From Eledone cirrhosa (lineage: Eukaryota): a stretch of 64,000 bases of DNA. The stretch lies in contig OZ024742.1 of assembly GCA_964016885.1 (NCBI GenBank), forward strand, positions 86,552,001-86,616,000, written 5' to 3'. Below, piece by piece: positions 25,761 to 41,162 of the stretch. The notes under the pieces are model-generated. The model saw only the letters and a list, made by a program, of their open reading frames with translations, had not been told where the DNA came from and made no database searches. The stretch's first letter is position 1, and every line of letters starts with the position of its first letter. The position numbers and the translations under genes are program-made.

Positions 25761-26399
25761 TTGAGTATCCGCACCCCGGCTGGGCAGTGATTTCTGTCAA
25801 CACACCTGAATAGTGGATTTTCCTTCCTCCATCTAAGTCTACGGTTTCATAGCCACGGAACTTAGTTCAGGGAATCCGGACTGTATCGAGCTGATAGCAT
25901 TAAATTTCTTCCCTATTCCTTGTTCTAACATTTAAGAGTGGTGATGTCCAAAGTTCTAATTTTGAAAGTTTGCCTCAATCTGGACACTCATTGTGGTCTC
26001 AGAATACGCGATTTTCTGCGTCGATCCCACGCCCCCCAGGACAGCACGCATTCCTATCAACGCTTTCTGTTGCATGAAATGGAATCTGTTATATTTTTCG
26101 AACAGGCCCCTCTACATTCGGCCTGAACGCGTCCGTTATTAACCCATTCGAAGGGCAATGTCTTATAGTTCTATTATGTTCCTCTCAACATATTGCAGGA
26201 GCAGATTCGGTGTTCTTCTTTACACCGTTCGCAAAACTGGTAGTTTGTCAAACCCGCGAAGCCAATATATATATATTTTTTTTTTTTGGCGGCCTTTACT
26301 CGCCTCTTCATAGACACGTCACTAGGTTGTGAGAGATTTTGGGGGTGATACAGATATCACCCAATAGCTTTATGCTGTTAGCAGCTAACCATTGCATTT

Positions 26400-27660
26400 G
26401 ATCACTGTATCGCTTTGCGCCAACCGGTACAATTACTCTAGCGGAACAGCTCTCCTGAGGCCTATAAGCTTGGCTTAAAGGTAAGTTCTCACACTTGAAT
26501 TCCGGATACAAGCATGCACGAAAATCGTAATATACACAATAAAGGCGTCCAAATTTAAGGCATTGGAAGACTTTCGGATTAAGCTGGAATCCGATTTCAG
26601 ATCAGGAAATGTAATGTTCTGGAAGATATCAGCAGACTTCGTAATAGGAAATCTCCTCCACACATGTGGCTAGGTCAATGGCGAAAATAAAATACGACAC
26701 GAGATGTCTATAGTAAATGTCTGGCAAAATGATGTAAGGTGGTTGTCGAAAACAAGACACCACACGAACTGTGCGATTTTCGCCTTGGGCCCGTCACAGC
26801 CGATCAAATCTTTACACTTCGACAGGTTTTCGATAAATCATGGTGTATTGCGAATATGGAGATTCTTGTCTTGTAGACCTCAAAAAAGTATATGCCCGCG
26901 TTCCTCGGGCTCTGCTGTGGAAGTTTGTACGGGAGTAGGCATCGATGGTCAGAATCTTGCTGCCGTGTTGTCTATACGAATGCGTGAGTATTTGTGTTCA
27001 GATAAATGGTGCTAAATCGAAACCATTCAATGTGGGAATTGGTCTCCGTCTTGGGCACGTACTGTCACCTACCGTCTTTGTTATTTTCAGGAACAGTATA
27101 GCCATGCGCTGCCGGACTGGAAGTGCTATCACGTAGGCGGGTTTTATATCAATCGGCTGAAATTACAGACGATATGGTATTACTTCATTAGATAGAAGTT
27201 GTTGCGAAAACTACGCTGCCAAAGCTGAGACACCCGTCCATTCAAAGTAGCTTGCGCAGCGCTGTCTACATTTCGATAGAGTCCCACTGCACCAATTGCA
27301 GGAGTTGCTGCCGTAGTGAGCCAGCTTCAGCAATAATTAATTAGGCGTAGGTGTAAAAACCAACATTGCTATCTCCAAATCATTATGCGTGCCAGCCATT
27401 CCCTATGGTCATGGATCATGTGTAACGACGGAAAAATTAGAACGTAAATAAAAGCGACAGAAATGGTGTTCCTCTGAAGGGTCTTTTGGGGAACGTTATT
27501 TGATAGAGTGTGTAGATCGGTGATCAGTGCTTCACTCGAGATAGAGCCATAACTTCTCCGAATCGAGATAACACAGCTTCCATTCTATGGGCCTGTGATT
27601 AGAATGTGTCAGGATAGATTCGCTAGACAGGTTTTATGGTTAAGACCCAGGAGTAGATGA
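26400..27660 (+). mobile_element. RTE-clade (Rex3/Expander-like) LINE, decayed RT to 3' end
   Basis: CVQINGAKSKPFNVGIGLRLGHVLSPTVFVIF; the 3' part resembles 21990-22405. Confidence 0.7.
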
Positions 27661-28434
27661 AGTTGTGTTAATTATTTCATAGACAGATTAACATGTTAAC
27701 ACCTTTCAATTTCATCAATTTCATGAGCCACAATCCTCATAGTTCGCACATAAACATCCGCCGATGTACAAATGTCAACACTGGTAATATAACGTTTCAA
27801 ATTCTGTTGAGAATCCACTGCACGCCGATTAATAATAAATCTATGAAAATCAAATTTCAGACATGGAATTACCCTCAGCCAGCTGTACAGTCAGCATTTT
27901 CTGAAAATCGACATTACTACGAAATGTTGAAGAGGGTGCCGGTAATTCAAGTGTGGCATTAACTGTTATTCGGTCAGCATATGACGGTAGTAGTGGCTGA
28001 CTGTCTGGTGTTGTAGGTCATACTTAATATAGCAGCATAACTACACCAATTTGGCACACTGGAACATAATTACAATTTGTGTAATGTATATAATATATAT
28101 GTATGTGTGTGTGTATGTGTGCGTGCGTGTGTGTGGTGTGTATCTGTGTTTGTACAGTGTATGTGTTTGTGGATGTATGAGTGCGAGAAGAGCTGAGGTT
28201 TTGATCTAAATCATTGATCGAACTTTTATGCGGTTAGACGAGATCAACATAACATCAAACTATTTCATGCTGGTCGGAAATCAATATGTCTAGTCACCTA
28301 TTGATGGATAACTTTGATCAAGTGAAATCAACTAATTGCCGAGATTTTGAGATACAGAATGAACATTCCTCAGACTCTGAATATATGTAGACTAATTCAT
28401 CCAACATATGAGGAAGGATGCAAATATATATATT

Positions 28435-29150
<716 letters not shown>

Positions 29151-29936
29151 TTATTTGCTGGTTATTTATATATTATTTATATAAATTCGATAAGTGTGTT
29201 ATCATTTCTAAACTTCTGAATTTTATGAGGGTAACATTTAAAGGATTTACCTGGCACACAAAGAATGAAATATTATACTGTTGGTTAATTACCTAAATTC
29301 AAACTTTGACACATATACCAACATATTAGGTATGTAAAGCTTTTGAAGTACTTATTGTTAAAAATATTTAAATGACTATTATGTATATAGGTATATATTA
29401 ATGAGCCAGTATGTTTAAGGTAAATAATAACGAAGATAAGAATAAAATAAGATAATATATGGAAGGATGTTAAGGATAAATATATACCTATGTATAACTG
29501 GGTGTAAATGCACTAATTATTCTTCAACCAAGATATCAACATATAATTAGATACAGGGATGTATAAATATATACATATATATTAGGTATTATTAGTGTAG
29601 TATACTTTAGGTAAATGATAACAGTTATAATTTTATCAACGTGTCACATTTAAATACATATAAGAAAAACAACAAGAGTGCGTGGATAATACAGAGTTCA
29701 AAATAATGTCTATAATAATTTTTAGTTTGGATATTTTCTCTATATTTGAATCATATATATAGAAATGTGGTAGGTTTATTTTAAAAATCTTTAAAAATAT
29801 ATAAAATATAATATATAACTACATACATATTATAATACATTATATTATAAATAGATGAGAGATCGAAAGCGCAGCAAAAAATTCACATTTATATATAAGT
29901 TTGAATCCGTCTCAAATTTTAGATTTTATAGTGCAG

Positions 29937-29983
<47 letters not shown>

Positions 29984-30635
29984 AATAACAAAATAAAATG
30001 CTGAGGTTACATATATCGTTTAATAATTATAATTATTTCCACGCTTCTCCATGCAATCTAGTTGTCCTTCATGCATTTGCTGTTAATTATGAGAATGTTA
30101 TGCTCAGATCACAATCGATATGATTGATATGTCGCTGGCAGGAAAAAACGCACGTCCTATTGCTTGTGCGCCCAGCAAACATATGAGTTTCTTGAAGGGT
30201 TTGCCAGCCATCATATTTGCTAGAAAAAGCTATCAACGAAGAACTCTGAGTAGCCAGTAGACAGTGGAAACAATGAAAGGAGCTCTGCGGAACGGAGGGA
30301 GGGTATATATTTTGTTTACAACCACCTATACACAACAACTACAACAACAATAACGACAAAGACAACAACAATAACGACAATAACAGCAAACGGCAGACCG
30401 ATATTGTCCAAACTGGCCGCAATAATCGTAGTGATATTACCTCCCTACTGACAACAACACCTAAAGCAACAGCTACAGTAAACACTTACAACAACCACAA
30501 CAACGGCAACAACAACAAAGGCACAGAGCAGCGTCGTGTATACAGGCCGGAGTAGTCGTAGTGACGGTATCACCCTGTCGACACTAATAGCGATAACGAC
30601 AAGGCAATGCAAATGAGTTCAGAGGTAAGTGGGTT

Positions 30636-30706
<71 letters not shown>

Positions 30707-30883
30707 ATAACTTAAAAGAGCCATAGACTCTCGTTATTCCCTGTCATTAATGTGCTCAATGGAGAAGGTATCCCGGGCTCTTTATCATACAATATGTTGA
30801 AAAGATAACGCACTGTTTTTTCCTTGTGTGATTGATGGCGCACTATCTCTCTCTCTCTATTGTGGTATCTTTTCAATATATTG

Positions 30884-30931
<48 letters not shown>

Positions 30932-31104
30932 TGTCGACAAGTATATAAACATGCCCAGACATGTAGATATATAGCGCTAGCCTCGGGACCCCCCTGCTGG
31001 TCATTTAACCTTGTTCTTGTGACGCAGCTCGATGGAGCATGCAACTACTGATATACTCATGTTTATAGGCTCTGAAGATTCCTGCCATGCTGTATGGATG
31101 AAAT

Positions 31105-31224
31105 AATTGTTTCTACGTTAGGCACAAGGCCAGCAAATAACCAGTGCATTACTGGGTACTTTATTTTATCGACCCGGTAAGGATGAAAGGCACAGTTAAC
31201 CTTGCCGGGATTTGAACTCAGAAT
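31105..31224 (-). mobile_element. Partial tRNA-derived SINE
   Basis: Same family core as 311-500. Confidence 0.8.
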
Positions 31225-31280
31225 GGCATATGGTTGAAATAATGTTACCTAATAAAACACACTTTGGTTATTCCTATAAC

Positions 31281-31322
<42 letters not shown>

Positions 31323-31429
31323 GTTAGAGGTGTGCAAATATATTTGTGTGTGAAAGCGTGGGTGAAAGGATACGTACACTTGAAAGAAAAATTTAAGTCT
31401 GAATGTTAATTAAGTGCAAACACAAAACC

Positions 31430-31915
31430 AACCACGCATATCTTTACTATCTCTAATCCTTCTATAGATTTAGAAAAATAACCAATAATATATTCTATAA
31501 AAAATGTCAAAACAACAGATGGGAATCTAATTACTCACTGCCACCAAGAATTCTCACTGCTATCGAAAAACCACTCCTTCAACTATTCTTCTAACAACTT
31601 CACCCCTCCCTCCTAATATTCTCTATAAAAACTAAATAGGTCCTCAGTAATATTATTCTGATGAAATGACAGTAAATAATAACATTGAAATATTGAATGT
31701 CTGCATAACTAAAAGTTTGTAGATAGCTGTTTTAGGTTATTTAACTGTTATAGAAACACGTGTCAATAAATTCCTTTCAACTAAACTGTATCCATTCAAA
31801 TCTTTCTATTTTTCTCCGGATTACTTTTGGAACTACAACTGGAACCGTCGAGCAAACTCTACGTGAGCTGATAATCTACTGTGTGTAATATTTATATTAC
31901 AACACAACGGAAAAT
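31430..31915 (+). mobile_element. PLE 3' remnant / pseudo-LTR
   Basis: NLITHCHQEFSLL resembles the Naiad-type C-terminus; hammerhead downstream; ends at (TA)n. Confidence 0.5.
31653..31769 (+). ncRNA. Hammerhead ribozyme with a very long stem II
   Basis: TTATT-CTGATGA-A-ATGACAGTAAATAA...TTATTTAACTGTTAT-A-GAAA-CACGTGTC-AATAA. Palindromic stem III ACACGTGT; predicted GUC cleavage after 31764. Confidence 0.7.
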
Positions 31916-32005
31916 ACTGTATATATATATATATATATATATATTTACATATATGTATATTATATATATATATATGCATATATATATATATATATGTATA
32001 TATAT

Positions 32006-32612
32006 GTCAGGTCACCAGTTGGTGCTACTGGTAACATGTATCTCAGCACAACCTGTCTCATGGTCGGGTCGTTGGCGACTAAACTGGCAGCCCCACCAAG
32101 GTTTCTTGGTGAGGAGGGTGACTTTGGACATCCTGCAGGACTAAAAACAAAACCTGTCAAAGGGAAAAGTAGCTCTTAAGAGTCAATGACCATCCAAAAT
32201 AACCGGGAGAGATGACCCCTTAGCCTTTGTCAAGGCAGAATTCTAGGAGAAGGAAAACTCTGATATAACACCTAAAAACCTGATGGCATCCAATGATGTT
32301 GACTTGTTCTTCTTTTTGGTAAATATCATCTTGGTTAAGAGAGTGGGACTGGCTTGGTGCAGTGCCTTTGCTCACTATAAAGGCTTCACGGCACAGGAAT
32401 TGCTTTATATCTGGAGATCTCACTGTACTTGTCGTCACATGGTGCCATGGGGCAAGCACTATCAGTCAATAATTGTCACAGATATAGTGTTTGTAGCAGA
32501 GTTTTCAAGTCGCTGGCTGGACTAAAAAGTCACACTCGTTCAGTGCATCGGTAGGAGTTTCTACTACATGGATATACAGTAGTGGCCGTACTCGAAAACG
32601 AGTTGGCAGCCA

Positions 32613-32614
<2 letters not shown>
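32006..32614 (+). mobile_element. Short non-autonomous RTE derivative (5' UTR fused to the 3' end)
   Basis: RTE-type leader motif CTAGGAGAAGGAAAACTCTGA, followed within ~250 nt by the terminal zinc-finger remnant SVCSRVFKSLAGLKSHTRSVHR*; (TA)n on both sides. Confidence 0.6.
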
Positions 32615-32656
<42 letters not shown>

Positions 32657-32701
32657 AAGTTAAATAAAATGTCAAATGTTTAAAATTTAGCTTCGTTTAT
32701 T

Positions 32702-32756
32702 ACTGCTAAATATATTTCAGTGACAGCCATCTTTGGCTGTGAACTCTTCAGGCAGT
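32702..32756 (-). ncRNA. Hammerhead ribozyme (left-arm copy)
   Basis: Minus strand ACTGC-CTGAAGA-gttcACAGCCA aaga TGGCTGTcact-GAAA-TATATTTA-GCAGT. Confidence 0.75.
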
Positions 32757-35700
32757 TTGAATTAGTGTGGTATAGACAAGTACATATGTCGTTGAGGTGT
32801 ATAATTTTGTCAATATTCTGATATGGCCAGTTGCTGGTTGGGTTGTTATTTCACTTAGGAACTGGAATCATATGAATGCAAACAAACGAAGTTCAGTGTC
32901 AAAGGGCCTCTTTTCCTCTCATTGGTCAGATATTAGAACATTCCTCATTCTAAGTGTTGTTATTGTTGGAGTTAGCTTAAAAAATTGATAAAGTGGTAGA
33001 AGGGACAAGGTGTTAAAGGAACAAAATAACCGAAAAAAGTGTCAAACTTCCCATTGGTCAGTTCTGAGAGCATTCCTCAGTCAGAAGTCTATAGAATTAT
33101 TTCTGGGGTGAGGCTCCCTGTAGTGTTTGTGTTTGCTATTGTTAAGTACATTTGACCTCTACCATTATTTTGGTAGTGTTGTTGCTGTTGTGGTCAGTTT
33201 ATGTCTTGCTGCTGCTGACAATTTAGAAGTATCCAGTGTGTGTTTTTTCTTCATCCCTCCTGCCACCATCTCTCATAATGGTGGTGGTGTGTGTGTGTGT
33301 GTGGGGGGGGGGGGGTTATTCCATGTATATGAAGAAATATAAGGCAATAAATGAAGAAAACAGAAAATAAATAATATAATAAAATAATTAATATAATTTG
33401 TATAATTTGAAAATAAATAAATAGAGAATAAAGAATAAAGAATAAATGAAAAATTGGTGAGAAAGTAATGAAAATGAATATGGGGAAGTGAAAAATAATG
33501 TAGGATAAAGTGTGTGTGTGCTATAACCAATCTCAAGGTCAGAAATATGTTGGATAGATTGGTATGAGGGACAAGATGTTAAAATAAGATAATCAAACAA
33601 AATGTGTTTGTGTTATAATCAATCTCAACTTAAAAATAAATATAAGGTGATACAGTGAAGAGGGCAGAAAACAAATAACAAATTAATAAAGAGAAATCAA
33701 GATTTAAAATTGGAACTTGAAAATCAGAAATCAAGTAAATTAAAAAGTGCTTGTGTTATATAGATGTTGGCCAAATTATAATGCTGTGTCCGATTGAATC
33801 TCTAGGCTATCATGGTGTCTGCTCAGCCTGGGTTGTTCCCTATGGCTTGAGGGGAGTTCACAACCTAGGGTGTTGTTACTGCCCATATAGCTTGAGGGAT
33901 GTCTGGCCGAGAGGTGTTTACATGTTCTGTAGAAGTCCCTATAGCTTGAGGGGTGTTCACATCTTCTTGTGTTGCTACTGTCCATATATCTTGAGGAAGG
34001 TCCCGGCTCTAATGTGTCTGCACGTCCCGAAGAAGTCGGTTCTGAGGTTTATCAGGCCACTTCAACCTCTTAGTATCTCGAGGGTCTTGTTCAGGCATAG
34101 TTTGCATAGGAAAGATCCCCCTTTATCGGGTGGTACTTTCCTGATTATGTGCCAGGCCAGAGAGTACGGGGTCCTGTCCATCTTAAGCTTCCAGATCAGG
34201 TCGGAGAGAGCCGTGGTTTTCCTTTTGGCCTCCTTATTGAATAAATGGCGATGGTTGTACCAGCGGTCTTTAAGGCTCGTTGATGTTGCTCCTATGTAGA
34301 GGTGTTTGGAGTTGGGGCTTTTAACCCTACAACCGTATACTAGGTTCTTCTTGAGGCATTCATTACCAAGGGGACATGATTCGGGGTTTCTGCAGTTGCA
34401 GAGGGTGGGCGTCTCTGCGTGCCTAGATTAGGTTTCCCGTTATTTGTTACATGTTGGTCTACCCCCAGGCTCGGTAGGGGGTCCTCGGGTCTGTTTAGGT
34501 TTCTTAGGTGGGACCAGCTTTATACAACTTGACATAGCAAGCTACTACTCCTCAATCTCACCCATAGTACTTAATAAGGCCCTATTTTTTGCGATGTCCA
34601 ATAGGGACCTAACCCGAGAGGATGTGAGCATCATCCACGCCACAAGAAAGACCTTAATCCGTTTCGATGGAGACCAGTGGACCAGGAGTGATTGGCCAAA
34701 TAACTTTGACATCACGAGTGGCTCCAGCGGCTCAGCACAGGTAAAACACCTGGTTGGGCTCGACCTGCTGAAGCAGATAAAAGATGAAATTCCCTGCCTG
34801 GGCGGCGGATTATATCGTGACGATGCTCTATTCACAGTATAAGACCACAGAGCCAATATGTTGGAGGGAATGGGGAGGCGTATTCGCCATTTCTTTAAGA
34901 ACCAGGGGCTCAGTCTAGAAATAGTCCCAAATAGTAAGGTAGTTAACTGCCTAGACACCACCCTAAACCTGAACACCGAGCAATACTACCCCTACCACAA
35001 GCCCAATGAGAAACTCGTATATGTTAACGCCAAATCAACCCACCCTATATCCATAACCAAGGCAGTGGCGAAGAGTGTCTTCGACAGGACCTCCAGCCTG
35101 TCCGCAAGTAAGGAAATATTCAATAACCACGCGGAATATTACAACGCAGCTCTAAAGAAGGCGGCACATGGCCAAAATATAACATATAGTTCGAAACGCC
35201 GGGATGGGGATAGCCCAACAGACACCCACACCCGCGTTGCCCGGGGGGGGGGGGGAGGGCGAACCCTAACAATGCAGGTAGAGCAGAAACAAATAGGCAC
35301 CATGTGCCCGACACCACCACGCGGGCGGTGGTGACTAGTGCGCTTGACCACGAGATGAAGCACAATATGAGTAGCAGTCTCAGGCGTGACGCTAACCACC
35401 CCAGGATAGACGACCCCAACCACAGGACACGTAGGGGGGCATCCCACGATGGATCTTCCGGGACGGGCAACGACCACCCCACAAATTCGGGCCGCGAATA
35501 TAACAAAAAGCATAGAGTCCAAAGGGGAAGCAACAGTACGGAAACCACCAGCAACCCAACAAATCTCCAACAAATCACAACGCCCCCGACCCACACATAT
35601 ATGAGGAGACACGGAAAAATCACGTGGTACAACCCACCCTACTCAGCGGCCGTAAAGAAGAGCTTGGCTCGATCATTCTTTGGAGCACTTGACAAATGCT

Positions 35701-37640
35701 TCCCGAGGGACGATGATACCACAGGATCTTCAACAGACAAACTGTGAAGCTCTCGTATTCCACCACGAGAAATCTGGCCCAACAAATAGCTAGCATCATC
35801 TGGAGTAGGCTTAAAAACCACACACAACCAGAAGATGGCAATACAAACACTCAGCAGAACCATGTGAAAGGAGGGAAGGGGGGACCCAGAGCTAACCCAA
35901 GACACCCAAAGAGACCCGGGGACCACCCACCGAGCCTGGGGGAAGACCAACATATAACACAAAACGGGAACCCTAATCTAGGCACGCAGAGGTCGCCCAA
36001 CCTCTGCAACTGCAGAAACCCCGAATCATGCCCTCTTGGTAATGAATGCCTCAAGAAGAACATAGTATACGGTTGTAGGGTTAAAACCCCCAACTCCGAC
36101 ACCTCTACATAGGAGCCACATCAACGAGCTTTAAAGACCGCTGGCACAACCATCGCCATTCATTCAATAAGGAGGCCAAAAGGAAAAGCACGGCTCTCTC
36201 CGACCTGATCTGGAAGTTTAAGCTGGACAGGACCCCGTACTCTCTGGCCTGGTACATAATCAGGAAAGTACCACCCGATAAAGGGGGATCTTGCATATGC
36301 AAACTATAACTGAACGAGACCCTCGAGATATTAAGAGGTTGAAGCGGCCTGATAAACCTCAGAACCGACTTCTTCGGGACATGCAGACACATTAGAGCCG
36401 GGACCTTCCTCAAGATATATGGACAGTAGCAACACAAGAAGATGTGAACACCCCTCCAGCTATAGGGACTTCTACAGAACATGTAAACACCTCTCGGCCA
36501 GACCTCTCTCAAGCTATATGGGCAGTAACAACACCCTAGGTTGTGAACTCCCCTCAAGCCATAGGGTACAACCCAGGCTGAGCAGACACCATGATAGCCT
36601 AGAGATTGAATCGGACACATTCATTATAATTTGGCGAACATCTATATAACACAAACACTGTTTAATTTACTTGATTTCTGATTTTCAAGTCCCAATTTCA
36701 AATCTTGATTTCTCTTTATTAATTTGTTATTTGTTTTCTGCCCTCGTCACTGTATCACCTTATATTTATTTTTAAGTTGAGATTGATTATAACACAAACA
36801 CATTTTGTTTGATTATCTTATTTTAACATCTTGTCCCTCATACCAATCTATCCAACATATTTCTGACCTTGAGATTGGTTATAGCACACACACACTTTAT
36901 CCTACATTATTTTTCACTTCTCCATATTCATTTTCATTACTTTCTCACCAATTTTTCATTTATTCTTTATTCTTTATTCTCTATTTATTTATTTTCAAAT
37001 TATACAAATTATATTAATTATTTTATTATATTATTCATTTTCTGTTTTCTTCATTTATTGCCTTATATTTCTTCATATACATGGAATAACCCCCCCCCCC
37101 CCCACCACCACCACCACCACTTTGAGAGATGGTGGCAGGAGGGATGAAGAAAAAACACACACTGGATACTTCTAAATTGTCAGCAGCAGCTATATATAAG
37201 CTGACCACAACACCAACAAGACTACCAAAATAATGGTAGACGTCAAATGTACTTAACAATAGCAAACACAAACACTACAGGGAGCCTCACCCCAGAAATA
37301 ATTCTATAGACTTCTGACTGAGGAATGCTCTCAGAACTGACCAATGGGAATTTTGACACTTTTTTTGTTATTTTGTTCCTTTAACACCTTGTCCCTTCTA
37401 CCACTTTATCAATTTCTTAAGCTAACTTCAACAATAACAACACTTAGAATGAGGAATGTTCTAATAACTGACCAATGAGAGGAGAAGAGGCCCTTTGACA
37501 CTGAAATTCGTTTGTTTGAATTCATATGATTCCAGTTCCTCAGGGAAATAACAACCCAACCAGGAACTGGGCATATCAGAGTATTGACAAAATTATACAC
37601 CTCAACAACATATGTACTTGTCTATACCACACTAATTCAA

Positions 37641-37695
37641 ACTGCCTGAAGAGGTCACAGCCAAAGATGGCTGTCACTGAAATATATATAGCAGT
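37641..37695 (+). ncRNA. Hammerhead ribozyme (right-arm copy)
   Basis: Stem I ACTGC/GCAGT, core CTGAAGA, stem II ACAGCCA/TGGCTGT, GAAA, palindromic stem III (AT)n. Confidence 0.82.
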
Positions 37696-38010
37696 AATAA
37701 ACGAAGCTAAATTTTAAACATTTGACTTCTATTTAAATTTATTTTACATTACTCCGGAGTAACGAAACCAGCCTGCGCACTTCGTCGAGTGCTCCAGCCT
37801 ACATAGTGAGGTGTTGGTATACAACCAACATATACTCAAAATCTATATATATATATATATTTATTGTAAGGTGTATTATTGGTTGTGTCAAACGTTCCAA
37901 TAACATTTTTATTAGCAATATTAAGTTATCTACGCTTTTGTACACCTCCAATTCCATTATGGGAACAGATAGATGATGTAACACCATAAAGATAGATGAT
38001 GTATCAACAT

Positions 38011-41160
<3,150 letters not shown>

Positions 41161-41162
<2 letters not shown>

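Larger units (their letters stand above)
32650..37746 (+). mobile_element. Naiad-like Penelope element, 5'-truncated, with ~1.85-kb inverted repeats
   Basis: Left arm ~32650-34509 is the reverse complement of ~35896-37746. The centre encodes RT (FIQLDIASYYSSI, FDITSGS, GLYRDD, YYPYHKPN, WYNPPYS). The arms encode GIY-YIG (CNCR...CPLG.ECL...IVY...YIG...TALS.LIW...C.LC...TCRH). Confidence 0.9.

Noticed and set aside
30270-30630. Possible host exon ending in AG/GTAAGT
   Set aside because: No sustained reading frame or acceptor; low-complexity ACA repeats; would need RNA evidence.
36400-36620. Short spaced repeats here and at 47630-47760, 38690-39000 and 20075-20230 as CRISPR-like arrays
   Set aside because: Degenerate tandem duplications with no unique spacers or cas genes, in a eukaryotic context.
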